A DNA stretch of 50,659 bases, from contig CAZIZY010000045.1 in the NCBI GenBank assembly GCA_964544235.1, positions 1 to 50,659 of the forward strand, read 5' to 3'. Positions 1 through 9,791 of this stretch are shown here, one piece after another (position 1 is the stretch's first letter; every line of letters starts with the position of its first letter). The translations under genes were made by a program, and so were the position numbers. The stretch comes from an uncultured Nitrosopumilales archaeon (lineage in GTDB: Archaea; Thermoproteota; Nitrososphaeria; Nitrososphaerales; CAZIZY01). The notes under the pieces are model-generated. The model was given only the letters and a program-made list of their open reading frames with translations. It had not been told where the DNA came from and searched no databases.

Positions 1-55
1 CTAAATATGAACAAGTTTATTTTGTAGTTATTTTAGATTAATTTCTGTTAAATAC

Positions 56-1045
56 TTGGAAATCTATGATGTCACTATTATTGGAGCTGGCCCTACTGGA
101 TTATTTGGTGCCTTTTATGCAGGTTTACGTGGATTAAAGGTAAAAATAATAGAATCTTTACCTGAAGTTGGAGGACAAGTTTCTGTATTATATCCAGAAA
201 AATACATTTATGATATTGCTGGGTTTCAAAAAATTATTGGAAAAGATCTTTCTAAAGAATTATACAAACAAGCAATGGTTTTTAAACCAAAAATTTGTTT
301 AAATGAAACTGCTCAAAATCTTAACGTATTGAATGATGAGCTTCTTGAAATTGAAACTGATAAAGGAAAACATCATTCAAAGACTCTTATAATTAGTGCT
401 GGAATAGGAGCATTTTCTCCTAATAAAATAAATAAACCAGGAGTTAGCGAATTTGAAGATAAAGGAGTTTATTATAGTGTTGCAAATCGCTCTATACTTA
501 AAGGAAAATCAGTCTTAATAGTTGGCGGGGGAGATTCAGCAGTTGATTGGGCTTTAAATCTTAATGATTACTGTAAATCTGTTACTTTAATTCATAGGAG
601 GGAAGGTTTTCGAGCTTTAGAAAGTTCCCTTGATGAGTTAAAACATTCTAATGTTGAAGTTAAGACGTTTTATGAATTAAAGGAAGTTAAAGGAACTGAT
701 ATTGTTAAGAGTGCTACAATTTATGATAATAAAACTTCAGAAGAAACTAAACTTGATATTGATGCTTTATTGATATTTTTTGGACATAAAGCTGATTTAG
801 GACCCATAAAAAATTGGAATTTAGATATCGACAAAAGAAATATCATTGTTGATGTAAATATGCAAACAAGTATCCCTAGAGTTTTTGCGGCAGGTGATCT
901 TGTTTCTCAAGAAGGGGGACTAAAATTAAATTTAATTGCAGTAGGATTTGCTCAAGCAGCAATAGCTGTAGCTGCAGCTAAAAAATTAATTGATCCAAGT
1001 TCTGCAACATTTGAGCATAGTAGTGAAAAAGGACTTAATATTTAA
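56..1045 (+). CDS. Ferredoxin-NADP(+) reductase, thioredoxin-reductase-like (YumC type)
   Basis: 329-aa ORF with two Rossmann dinucleotide motifs (IIGAGPTGL at the N-terminus, VGGGDSAVDWA mid-protein). TrxB-like layout but no CxxC redox pair. The conserved N-terminus requires the TTG at 56 as start. Confidence 0.8.
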   Translation: MEIYDVTIIGAGPTGLFGAFYAGLRGLKVKIIESLPEVGGQVSVLYPEKYIYDIAGFQKIIGKDLSKELYKQAMVFKPKICLNETAQNLNVLNDELLEIETDKGKHHSKTLIISAGIGAFSPNKINKPGVSEFEDKGVYYSVANRSILKGKSVLIVGGGDSAVDWALNLNDYCKSVTLIHRREGFRALESSLDELKHSNVEVKTFYELKEVKGTDIVKSATIYDNKTSEETKLDIDALLIFFGHKADLGPIKNWNLDIDKRNIIVDVNMQTSIPRVFAAGDLVSQEGGLKLNLIAVGFAQAAIAVAAAKKLIDPSSATFEHSSEKGLNI

Positions 1046-1503
1046 TTTTTAGTAACCAATCCAAGGGCTTTTGAAGCTGTTCGATCTGACTTTACAGCAG
1101 GATGACTTGGATCTATCATTATTACTTCATACCATAAATATTTTCCATCTTTATAAGCTAAATATGAATTTAAAACTCGTAAATTAGGGTATTTCTCTAA
1201 TACTCTTTTTTCAGCGACTTGTTGCATTCCAATAGCCGCCTTAATTCTTACTACACCTAAGTGTTTTTGCCTTCTTCCAGCTTTTGGTCTACTTTTTCTC
1301 ATTCCGCCTCTTCCCACTTTTATTCTTACTACGATGAAACCTTGTTTTGCTTTATAACCATAAGAACGAGCTTTATCTAATCGAGTTGGACGTTCAATTT
1401 TAATTATTGTCGGTTGCCTACGCCATTCCATTAAACGACTACGAATATCCCAAGGTTTATCTTTCCATATTTGTTGCCACCTGGAATTTATATGATTATA
1501 CAA
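1042..1503 (-). CDS. rpl15e: 50S ribosomal protein L15e
   Basis: 153-aa very basic ORF. WRRQPTI..ERPTRLDKAR.LGYKAKQG..VVR..V.RGG and PKAGRRQKHLGV stretches are typical of the L15e family. Confidence 0.9.
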   Translation of the reverse strand: MYNHINSRWQQIWKDKPWDIRSRLMEWRRQPTIIKIERPTRLDKARSYGYKAKQGFIVVRIKVGRGGMRKSRPKAGRRQKHLGVVRIKAAIGMQQVAEKRVLEKYPNLRVLNSYLAYKDGKYLWYEVIMIDPSHPAVKSDRTASKALGLVTKN

Positions 1504-1629
1504 TTTTACAAAATAACCTACTTTATTTAATTCTTAAACATTCTGTTTTTACTTCGGTGTTTATAAACTTAATCTGTTATAATTAAAAAAACTTATTTTT
1601 ATTCATAGTATTTCTATCTATGTACCGCT

Positions 1630-2835
1630 TTGTTAGTTGGAATTATGGGAAAAGCTAATACTGGAAAGTCCACTTTTTTTAACGCCGCTACTCTTCTTAA
1701 CGTTCCTATGGCTTCTTATCCCTTTACTACAGTTTCACCAAATAGAGGCGTAGCTACAATTCGAGTTAAATGCATGTGTAAAAAATTAAATGTTGAAGAT
1801 AATCCAGTAAACTCCAGCTGTATTGAAGGAAATCGTTTCATTCCTGTACAGTTAATAGATGTTGCCGGTTTAGTTCCTCAGGCTTCTGAAGGAAAAGGTC
1901 TAGGAAATAAATTTTTAGACGAATTAAGACAATCTGATGTAATTATTCAAGTGGTTGATTCATCCGGTTCTTCTGATGCTAATGGAAATCCTTGTGAGGC
2001 TGGAGATAGAGATCCATTGGATGACATTAATTTTGTTGAATCCGAATTTGATTTATGGTTAAAACAAATAATTTTACGTGATTGGGTTAAACTTACTAAA
2101 ATTTTGGAGTCTGAAAATGTAAGTATTGAACAAATGCTTGTTGAAAGATTAAGCGGCCTTTCTATAAATGATGAACAGATTCATGAATCTCTTCGGCAGT
2201 CTGGTTTAAAAGGCAAAGCACCACATTTATGGACTGATTCTCATTTACTTAATTTTGCCTCTAACTTAAGATTAATTTCAAAACCAAGTATTATTGTCGC
2301 TAACAAATCTGATTTATCATCATCTAAATCTAATATAAATAGAATTAAAGAGAACAATAAACTCGTTATTCCTTGCGCTGCAGAAGCTGAACTTCTTCTT
2401 AGAAGAGCTACTGCTCAAGGTTTAATTAATTATTTACCTGGAGATGACCATTTTACTATAATTAACACTTCTCAATTAAATTCACAACAAAAGAACGCAC
2501 TTCAATTTGTTGAAGATAAGATTTTATCTGAATGGGGTTCAACTGGAGTTCAAGAAGCAATTAATTCCTCTTATTTAGATCTTCTAAATTGTATAGTAGT
2601 TTACCCTGTAGAAGATGAGCATAACTTTTCTGATAAAAAAGGAAATATCTTACCTGATTCTTATGTAATAAAGAAGGGATCTACTGCTAAAGATCTAGCT
2701 GGTTTAATACATAGTGATTTAGAGAAAAACTTTCTTTATGCTATAGATGCAAAAAAGGGGATTCAATTATCTTCCGATCACATACTTGAAGATTCTGATA
2801 TTATACGTATAGTATCAGCATCAAAAAAGAACTAG
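1630..2835 (+). CDS. OLA1/YchF-related GTPase (archaeal Ygr210-like) with C-terminal TGS-like domain
   Basis: P-loop GKANTGKST, DVAGLV (G3) and NKSD (G4). 401 aa with a C-terminal TGS-like segment (DSDIIRIV). TTG start is needed to keep the beta-strand before the P-loop. Confidence 0.8.
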   Translation: MLVGIMGKANTGKSTFFNAATLLNVPMASYPFTTVSPNRGVATIRVKCMCKKLNVEDNPVNSSCIEGNRFIPVQLIDVAGLVPQASEGKGLGNKFLDELRQSDVIIQVVDSSGSSDANGNPCEAGDRDPLDDINFVESEFDLWLKQIILRDWVKLTKILESENVSIEQMLVERLSGLSINDEQIHESLRQSGLKGKAPHLWTDSHLLNFASNLRLISKPSIIVANKSDLSSSKSNINRIKENNKLVIPCAAEAELLLRRATAQGLINYLPGDDHFTIINTSQLNSQQKNALQFVEDKILSEWGSTGVQEAINSSYLDLLNCIVVYPVEDEHNFSDKKGNILPDSYVIKKGSTAKDLAGLIHSDLEKNFLYAIDAKKGIQLSSDHILEDSDIIRIVSASKKN

Positions 2836-3440
2836 GAATCGTCTTTATTTGCTACTGGTGGTAATTTAATTAATTTAGTTTTCTTTATACCTACATGTCT
2901 TAAATTAGAAACTTTTTTTGCTTCGTTATGAATATCTGAAGCAATATTTCCTAAAACTGCTTCATGAGCAAAATCTTCATAGGTCAGACTAGATGTTTTT
3001 TCGTTTAAAACTTCTCTAGCTTTCAATCTAATTCCATGTTTTCGAGAAGAATTTAATCGTGATTGAGAAAAAGCTACAACATAAACTCTTACTATTGCTC
3101 CATCATTAGTCGTAAAATCATCTACAAAATTTATCATACTTGCGCCACGACTAATTAGACTACGAAGATATTCTCTTGAATATTCTTGTCCTTGAAGGAC
3201 CGTTTTTGCTGTATTATCTTTAATTTCAATAATTTTAAACCGTAATTTAGTGACATATTGTTTTGGATCTTGTTTCATAACGTCAAATAATGTTGTTTCT
3301 AATACTCTTCCAATGGATTGTTTAGAATCTGTTATAGGGGTCTGAGCTACTATCGCGTTATCGAAAGATTTGGGTGTTTCAATTTTTACCCATTGTTTAT
3401 CTCTCCATTTATCTCTTGTTCTTCTTGATCTTTTAGACAT
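2832..3440 (-). CDS. rps3ae: 30S ribosomal protein S3Ae (eS1)
   Basis: 202 aa. N-terminus SKRSRRTRDKWRDKQWVKIETPKSF is typical of S3Ae. Its stop overlaps the convergent YchF-like stop in a CTAG. Confidence 0.9.
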   Translation of the reverse strand: MSKRSRRTRDKWRDKQWVKIETPKSFDNAIVAQTPITDSKQSIGRVLETTLFDVMKQDPKQYVTKLRFKIIEIKDNTAKTVLQGQEYSREYLRSLISRGASMINFVDDFTTNDGAIVRVYVVAFSQSRLNSSRKHGIRLKAREVLNEKTSSLTYEDFAHEAVLGNIASDIHNEAKKVSNLRHVGIKKTKLIKLPPVANKDDS

Positions 3441-3489
3441 CTAATATTGAAAAAGTGAGGTTTCATTTAAATTAGATGCCTAATTTCAC

Positions 3490-4758
3490 TTATTTTTTTA
3501 TAATTTTCGTGTTTCCCATATATTTTTGAAGAACTTTAGGAATTTCAATTTCCCCATTTTCTAGCTGATAATTCTCTATTATAGCTATTAACGTTCGTTC
3601 AACAGCAATTAATGTTCCATTTAATGTATGAACGAATTTTGATTCTTCATGAGGTTTATTTCTATATTTAATACCTAATCCTCTAGATTGGTAATCAGTG
3701 CAATTACTACAAGATGCAGCTTCTCTATATTTTTTATGACTTGGAAACCATAATTCAACGTCATATGTTTTCGCTGAAATTTTACCTAAGTCACCAGTAC
3801 AAAGAAGAACAACTCTGTGTGGAAGTTCTAAATTTCTGAAAATTTCTTGAGTATTTGAAACAATATTCTCTAATTGATTCCAAGAATCCTCCGGTTCTGA
3901 GAATATAAATTGCTCAATTTTTTCAAATTGATGTACTCTAAATATTCCTTTAGTATCTTTACCATGGGCTCCAGCTTCTTTTCTAAAACAAGGACTAATA
4001 CCTGAATATTTTAAAGGAATTACATCTTTTTGAAAGACTTCGTTCATATGCATAGCCGCTATTGCATGTTCAGAAGTAGCAATAAGATACAAATCTTCAT
4101 CTTCAATTTTATAAATAACTTCTTCAAAATCCGAAAATATTATTGAACCATTTAAAGCATCTTTTCTTAAAGCATAAGGCGGTTGAATAAGATTAAATCC
4201 TTTTTCTTGAATAAAATCGAACGAATAATTGATTAATGCATGTTTAAGTCTAACTAAATCTCCTTTTAAGTAATAAAATCTAGATCCAGCTACCTTTCCA
4301 GCTCTATCAATATCAATAAGATCTAACTCTTTTCCAAGACTAATATGATCATTTGAACACTTTAATTCTTTTATATTTCCCCAACTTGAAATTATCTTAT
4401 TATCATTTTCATCTTTTCCTAATGGCACTGAATTATGAATGATGTTTGGCATTTTTGAGAATAATTCTTCTATATTATTATCTAATTTCCTAATTTGTTC
4501 ATCTGATTCAGTTATTTTATCTGATAAAACCTTCATTTCAGATATTTTTTTTGAAGCGTCTTGATTTTTTTTCTTTAATGTTGAGATTTCATTAGCTATT
4601 AGATTTCTATTTCTTTTCATCTGTTGTGATTCATTCACTAAAACACGTCGTTCTTCATCTATTTTTGAAAGATAATCAACATCATATTCCATATTACGAT
4701 TTAAAATCATTTTTTTAATTTCTGAGGGATTTTCTCTTATTATTTTAATATCAATCAT
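3490..4758 (-). CDS. serS: Seryl-tRNA synthetase
   Basis: 422 aa with an N-terminal coiled-coil arm. Class II motif 2 (FRKEAGAHGKDTKGIFRVHQFEK) and motif 3 (GTLIAVERTLIAIIENY). Confidence 0.95.
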   Translation of the reverse strand: MIDIKIIRENPSEIKKMILNRNMEYDVDYLSKIDEERRVLVNESQQMKRNRNLIANEISTLKKKNQDASKKISEMKVLSDKITESDEQIRKLDNNIEELFSKMPNIIHNSVPLGKDENDNKIISSWGNIKELKCSNDHISLGKELDLIDIDRAGKVAGSRFYYLKGDLVRLKHALINYSFDFIQEKGFNLIQPPYALRKDALNGSIIFSDFEEVIYKIEDEDLYLIATSEHAIAAMHMNEVFQKDVIPLKYSGISPCFRKEAGAHGKDTKGIFRVHQFEKIEQFIFSEPEDSWNQLENIVSNTQEIFRNLELPHRVVLLCTGDLGKISAKTYDVELWFPSHKKYREAASCSNCTDYQSRGLGIKYRNKPHEESKFVHTLNGTLIAVERTLIAIIENYQLENGEIEIPKVLQKYMGNTKIIKK

Positions 4759-5006
4759 TCTTTATCACTTTTATCGATTATTGAAGAAGATACCTTAGCA
4801 TGTTCAAGTAATTCATCAACAGTTGAGATTAAACTATTCCATTTTTCTTTAGATGAAACCATCATTATTATTTTTTCATCCTTTAATTCTAATTCTAACG
4901 ATAAAGATTCAGGAATATTAACATTATCTGGAGTTAATGATTCATAGATTGCTTTTGCTTGTTCTTTACTTTTAGTTTCTATTAGAACCTTCACCTCAAT
5001 TTTCAT
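4755..5006 (-). CDS. pcc1: KEOPS subunit Pcc1-like protein
   Basis: 83 aa. The pattern (A.AIYESL.PD....P....L.L......II..V....) resembles archaeal Pcc1/CTAG family proteins from memory. 4-nt overlaps with the recJ-like gene upstream and serS downstream. Confidence 0.55.
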   Translation of the reverse strand: MKIEVKVLIETKSKEQAKAIYESLTPDNVNIPESLSLELELKDEKIIMMVSSKEKWNSLISTVDELLEHAKVSSSIIDKSDKE

Positions 5007-6412
5007 TTTTGATCTTTTAAGTTCTCCTGTATGCTATTAAGAAAGTTATTTACTTGTTCTTCTGGAATTTTAGCTCCAGCCGCTGCTGAGTGTCCTCCTC
5101 CTACTCCACCACATTTTACTGCTGCTTCTCTTAATAATTCACCTAGATTTACTTGATCCATTTCAGCTGGTCTACGAGCGGAAATTTTAAATTCACCGTC
5201 ATTACAATCAGTTCCTAAAATAAGAAGCTTATTTTTGAATTTATTATTTGAACTTAATATTGATGCAACTGTTCCTGTAACATATTCGTGTACAACACCT
5301 TTACCTGATAAATATACTAACTTCTCATCATCTTTTATATTTTCATTATTTTCAAGATGTCTAACGTATTTACTTAATGTACTTCTATATTCTTTCGAAG
5401 TTTCTATAGCAGCAGAAAGATATTCTCCTCTTTCTTCCATACAGATTGCAATTCCTACACTAGGTTTACCTATTCTTGCACATGCGTTTAGTAGAGTTCC
5501 AAATTCTCTTGCGTCTCTAAGCTGTGTAAATGGATCTTCATTTTTTAAAACATAGACATCTGAAATTATACCATTTAGATTTTCATCTATAGAATCATTA
5601 TTAGTTACAAATGGTACCATAGCTTCTACGAGTTTTTTCTTTTCATCTTCAGAGAGATCAGATATAGTTCTCCATCTATCTCCTTCTTTTACTTCTATTC
5701 CTATTGATTTTAATGTAGCTAAGCATGCATCTGAATTACCTGTTAACCCTGACAAAAATGGATTTGTAGTCGATGAAATAGAAAAATGTATTGGACGTGT
5801 CTCTCTTCCATAAAAGGATAAATCCTTTGATACTTCGATAAGACCTTCTGATACGGCTTCAGATAAAATATTTTTATTAAGAGAAATTAACGCCTTTCCT
5901 TCACCTTGATCTTGTCTATCAGCTAATGCTGCAATAATAGGTAACCATGAAAGATCAACATTCTTAGAAGATATTGATTTTGAAATCATATACGTTAATC
6001 CAGTAGCACTAACTTCTTTTGAACCATCAACATCATATTTCCAAACATTAAATACTCTCTCATGCTTTAATTCGCTTTCAGGAATCTCATGATGATCAAT
6101 TAAGATCCATTTATCATTAAGATGTTTATCAATTTCAGCAGATAATCCTCCACCTACTTCACATAAAATGTGATAATCATACTCTTCACCTGAAATATTC
6201 TCAAGTTCTTTAATTGTCATTTCACTCATTATTCGAAGATTAAATCTTCCTCCTTCACGCTGAATCGTTCTTGCCATTACACTGGATGATGCAATACCAT
6301 CGGCATCCATGTGACCAATTATTAGTATATTCTTTTTTGACGAAATAATTTCTTTAATTCTTGAGGCTGTATCATTTACTCCGTTTATTAGCGTAGTAAA
6401 ATCGTTATTCAA
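5003..6412 (-). CDS. DHH/DHHA1 phosphoesterase, archaeal RecJ/Cdc45-like (GAN-type) nuclease
   Basis: 469 aa. DHH-family motifs GHMDADGIAS, LIDHHE (DHH) and GGVGGGHSAAAGA (DHHA1 GGGH) are all intact. Confidence 0.75.
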   Translation of the reverse strand: MNNDFTTLINGVNDTASRIKEIISSKKNILIIGHMDADGIASSSVMARTIQREGGRFNLRIMSEMTIKELENISGEEYDYHILCEVGGGLSAEIDKHLNDKWILIDHHEIPESELKHERVFNVWKYDVDGSKEVSATGLTYMISKSISSKNVDLSWLPIIAALADRQDQGEGKALISLNKNILSEAVSEGLIEVSKDLSFYGRETRPIHFSISSTTNPFLSGLTGNSDACLATLKSIGIEVKEGDRWRTISDLSEDEKKKLVEAMVPFVTNNDSIDENLNGIISDVYVLKNEDPFTQLRDAREFGTLLNACARIGKPSVGIAICMEERGEYLSAAIETSKEYRSTLSKYVRHLENNENIKDDEKLVYLSGKGVVHEYVTGTVASILSSNNKFKNKLLILGTDCNDGEFKISARRPAEMDQVNLGELLREAAVKCGGVGGGHSAAAGAKIPEEQVNNFLNSIQENLKDQK

Positions 6413-6419
6413 AGCATTT

Positions 6420-6869
6420 CTATTCTAATTGAGCTACAGCAACTGAAAACTTCCAGTCTTTTGGTAATATTTCTTCTTTTTTGTAGTATTTGGATAATCT
6501 ATGTATTTTAGCTTCAAGAAGTTCAAGTGAACGAATATTTCTTCTATCACCTGGATGAGATTTTAAATGACTTTGTAATTTACTTGATCGGATTAATAAC
6601 CTATTTAGATCTTCTGGAGTTTCAGGCGATAAATCGTTTTCCTTAAGTACTTGCGTAATAGATTTTCCGATAATTGTTTTAACTAAAGGTATTCCGTGTT
6701 CATCTCTCAGTTTTATACCAATTTGACTAGTTGTATTTTCTTCTCTAGCTAATTTTACTATTAATGAAATAATCTGATCTGGACTATAATCAATCCAATC
6801 TGGTTTTTCTTTATTATTTGGCCTAGTTGAATGAGATTTCCCATTTCTAGGTGAATGTATCCTACCCAT
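6420..6869 (-). CDS. rps15: 30S ribosomal protein S15 (uS15 / S13e)
   Basis: 149 aa. MGRIHS....GKSHSTRP N-terminus and C-terminal S15 fold (D..S.R.L..LEAKI.RL..YYK). Confidence 0.9.
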   Translation of the reverse strand: MGRIHSPRNGKSHSTRPNNKEKPDWIDYSPDQIISLIVKLAREENTTSQIGIKLRDEHGIPLVKTIIGKSITQVLKENDLSPETPEDLNRLLIRSSKLQSHLKSHPGDRRNIRSLELLEAKIHRLSKYYKKEEILPKDWKFSVAVAQLE

Positions 6870-6915
6870 ATCTTATTAATAGTTTAAGTAAACCGTGATA
6901 AATGTTATGGCTGTT

Positions 6916-7494
6916 TTATAATTTTGAGTTAATATTTGATACAAATTCGTTAAATGATTTTGCTCTATGTGAATATTGATTCTTTTCATTGATACTCATT
7001 TCACCATAAGTTTTTTTTGAATTATCTGGAATAAATATACAATCAAAAGCAAATCCATTGTTTCCTTTGGGCGATTTAGCTATAATTCCTTTCGTAATTC
7101 CTATGAATTTCTTTATGTTTCCATTCATATTTACATGAGCTAAAACTGACTTGAATTCAGCATTTCTTGATTTAGATTTACTTAAAATTCTAATTATTCC
7201 TTCGATGCCTATGGTTTTATATGCATGAGACGAATATGGGCCTGGAAAACCGTTTAATTCTTCTATAAAAAGACCTGAATCTTCAACTATTAATTCAGTC
7301 TTTAGATTTGAAAACGCGTTTTCTGCAGCAATTACTGCTATTTTTTCTATATTATCATTCTGTATTTCTATTTTACTAAAATCATTTTTTTCGATTTTAA
7401 TTCCATGTTTACTAAGAATTCTACTTGCTTCTTGATATTTGTTGATATTTGTTGTAATGAATAAAATCTCATTCTGTTTATGTAATTTTGGCAT
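6916..7494 (-). CDS. Non-canonical purine NTP pyrophosphatase (Ham1/RdgB/ITPase family)
   Basis: 192 aa. FITTN.NKYQE, VEDSGLFIEELNGFPGPYS, FAFD.IF.P and SHRAKSF motifs of the Ham1 family. Overlaps bud32 by 17 nt. Confidence 0.85.
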   Translation of the reverse strand: MPKLHKQNEILFITTNINKYQEASRILSKHGIKIEKNDFSKIEIQNDNIEKIAVIAAENAFSNLKTELIVEDSGLFIEELNGFPGPYSSHAYKTIGIEGIIRILSKSKSRNAEFKSVLAHVNMNGNIKKFIGITKGIIAKSPKGNNGFAFDCIFIPDNSKKTYGEMSINEKNQYSHRAKSFNEFVSNINSKL

Positions 7495-8107
7495 ATCTTC
7501 CTCTCTTTTCTAATTCATTAATTCTCTTTAATACTTTAGTTAAATGAGGGGCCCCACATATTTCTTCGTATCCTAATAATATCCATTCAAAAAACTTTAT
7601 CGATTTATCGGTATAATAATTATTTAGAGTTTGATTTAATATGTGTAAATCCATAGCGAAATCCTCTGTTCTTTGTGATTTAATTGAAAGTCCAAAATCT
7701 ATAATCGCTATTTTATTTTGATATTTAATAAAATTTGAAACTGTTAAATCTCCATGTATTATTCCTCCTTGATGAAGATTACCAATATTTTTACCTATTT
7801 CTATACATTTATCCATGTGCTCCCCATCTTCTAATAATAATTCTTTAACTCTTTTCCCTTTCATATATTGCATAATTATTTCCGATTTAGATATGTCTAA
7901 ATAATATACGATTGGTGTTAATACACTCAAATTTTTTACTTCTATCAACATTCTAGCTTCATTAATTGTTCTTCTTTTACGCAATCTTTTATCAAGAATA
8001 GGCTGTCTATATTTTCTTTCTTTACGAATTTTTGATATTGAACTTTTTCCATAATATTTTCCTAAGAAAATATCTGCTTCTGAACCTCGTTTAATTAATT
8101 TCTCCAT
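7478..8107 (-). CDS. bud32: KEOPS kinase/ATPase Bud32
   Basis: 209-aa minimal RIO-like kinase. GSEADIF N-lobe, catalytic loop HGDLTVSNF and IDFGLS. Overlaps kae1 by 13 nt. Confidence 0.85.
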   Translation of the reverse strand: MEKLIKRGSEADIFLGKYYGKSSISKIRKERKYRQPILDKRLRKRRTINEARMLIEVKNLSVLTPIVYYLDISKSEIIMQYMKGKRVKELLLEDGEHMDKCIEIGKNIGNLHQGGIIHGDLTVSNFIKYQNKIAIIDFGLSIKSQRTEDFAMDLHILNQTLNNYYTDKSIKFFEWILLGYEEICGAPHLTKVLKRINELEKRGRYAKIT

Positions 8108-9114
8108 GGAATATCAACTTCATTTAATCGCCATGATTGAGTAACTTTAGCTTCTTTTGGAGTTATTTGTTTATTGCATAAATATCCTAGTAATCCTGTC
8201 CATGCTATCTGTGCTCCACAGTCTCCACTATATTTCTTTGGAATTGTATGAAGTGAAATACCAAATCTATCACATGTCTCATTAAGCATTGATTGTAATC
8301 TTTTGTTAGCTGCTACTCCTCCTGTCAATAAAATTTCGTCTTTTTCAAGGAAAGACAAAGCTCGTTCACATGTTTCTACAACCATAGCAAATATATTTTC
8401 TTGTAATGAATAAGCTAGATCTTCAATCCTAATACCTTCATAGTAAAGCTTTTTTACCGCTGTCAATGTTCCTGATAATGAAACATCGTTCCCTTTTACC
8501 GTATAAGGTAATTCGATATATTTTTCTCCTTTATTTGCCAATTCTTCTATTTTTGGTCCTGAAGGTGAAGATAATCCAATAGTTCTTCCAAATTGATCTA
8601 ATACTTGTCCTAATGTAGCATCAAGCGTTTCACCGAATATCCTCCATCGTTTGTTGTTATGCGCAGAAATTAAAGTATGACCTCCAGTGGCTAAAAGAAC
8701 TATTGGATCCTTTGCGTTAGTAAGATTTGCCGCTAATTCAATATGACCTACAGCATGATTTACTGCTATCAATGGTTTATTCAAATAAGATGATAATGTT
8801 CTAGCTGTTACTCCTCCAACTTTAAGACATGGACCTAATCCTGGCCCAGCAGAATAAGCAATAGCATCAATATCATTAAGTTTAATTTTCGATAATTCTA
8901 GTGATTTACCAACAATTTCTGACGCTATTTCCGAATGATGCCTAGAAGCTTCCCTTGGATGGATTCCAGAAGATGGAGGAGCTACATATGCTTGTTTTAT
9001 ATCTGATAGAATTCCTTTTTTACTATCTATTATAGAAACTCCAAATGTATGAGCTGTTGATTCTACTCCCAAAATTAGAATTTTATTCTTATTTTTAATA
9101 GATATGCGACCCAT
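8095..9114 (-). CDS. kae1: tRNA N6-adenosine threonylcarbamoyltransferase Kae1
   Basis: 339 aa, ASKHA fold. LGVESTAHTFGVS, metal-binding NHAVGHIE and GGVAAN motifs. Confidence 0.92.
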   Translation of the reverse strand: MGRISIKNKNKILILGVESTAHTFGVSIIDSKKGILSDIKQAYVAPPSSGIHPREASRHHSEIASEIVGKSLELSKIKLNDIDAIAYSAGPGLGPCLKVGGVTARTLSSYLNKPLIAVNHAVGHIELAANLTNAKDPIVLLATGGHTLISAHNNKRWRIFGETLDATLGQVLDQFGRTIGLSSPSGPKIEELANKGEKYIELPYTVKGNDVSLSGTLTAVKKLYYEGIRIEDLAYSLQENIFAMVVETCERALSFLEKDEILLTGGVAANKRLQSMLNETCDRFGISLHTIPKKYSGDCGAQIAWTGLLGYLCNKQITPKEAKVTQSWRLNEVDIPWRN

Positions 9115-9128
9115 TAATTTCCATCTTA

Positions 9129-9647
9129 TTACTGTTTTTCTCTATATAATCCACCGATTAAATCAATATATGGTTTGACTTCTACTAAATAATCATCAAA
9201 TCTAGCTTTTTCAAATTCAATATTTGTATCATTTTCATTAAATTCAGTCTTAATTGCTAGAACTATCCCTCTATTTCTTTGAGGTAATTCATTTTCAGTT
9301 TCAGGGAAATAAATTAATGTCCCATATCCTGTTTTTTTGTTTCCTTTAGTAAAAACTATATTATAATACATTAAATCAGGAGTTTTTCCCTTGTATTTTT
9401 TTCTACTTTCGGTTCTTTTTACTTGGTCAAAATCATCTTTTGTAATTATATCAACTATTTCTTTAATATAATTTGATTCTGATAATTTCTTCTCATAACC
9501 GTCATGTTCTACGGGCAGTTCATAAATTGATTCCATTAATGTATCCCACTCATCAATAAGTCTAAATTTAGATCCCGAATCTACAAACATTTCTCTTTTT
9601 AATTCTTCAGATAATAATTCTTCAATTTTAATGTCTTTTTTTACCAT
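9129..9647 (-). CDS. Hypothetical protein (no recognisable family), first gene of the kae1-bud32 transcription unit
   Basis: 172-aa acidic ORF, 14 nt upstream of kae1 on the same strand. Divergent from the rpoH operon across a 144-nt spacer. I recognise no motif. Confidence 0.5.
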   Translation of the reverse strand: MVKKDIKIEELLSEELKREMFVDSGSKFRLIDEWDTLMESIYELPVEHDGYEKKLSESNYIKEIVDIITKDDFDQVKRTESRKKYKGKTPDLMYYNIVFTKGNKKTGYGTLIYFPETENELPQRNRGIVLAIKTEFNENDTNIEFEKARFDDYLVEVKPYIDLIGGLYREKQ

Positions 9648-9717
9648 ATTTTCACTTCTAATATTAAATATAACCTATATTTTATATTAATTATTATTAA
9701 TTATACCGCTATTAGTA

Positions 9718-9732
9718 ACAAAAGTTATATAA
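9718..9732 (+). promoter_or_regulatory. Candidate BRE/TATA box for the rpoH-rpoB-rpoA operon
   Basis: ACAAAAG followed by TTATATAA (9725-9732), 60 nt upstream of the rpoH ATG. GAGG at 9780-9783 lies 8 nt before the ATG. TATA-like strings are common in this AT-rich DNA, so this is weak. Confidence 0.3.
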
Positions 9733-9791
9733 GCTAATTTAGCGAATTATATTGTCCTGTTTCTTATTAAAATAATCTTGAGGAAATATAT

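Noticed and set aside
9129-9647. Calling the 172-aa ORF upstream of kae1 the missing KEOPS subunit Cgi121 (or Pcc2/Gon7).
   Set aside because: No sequence resemblance to the Cgi121/TPRKB sequences I remember, and the size is wrong for Pcc2/Gon7. Position alone is insufficient, so it stays hypothetical (see finding).
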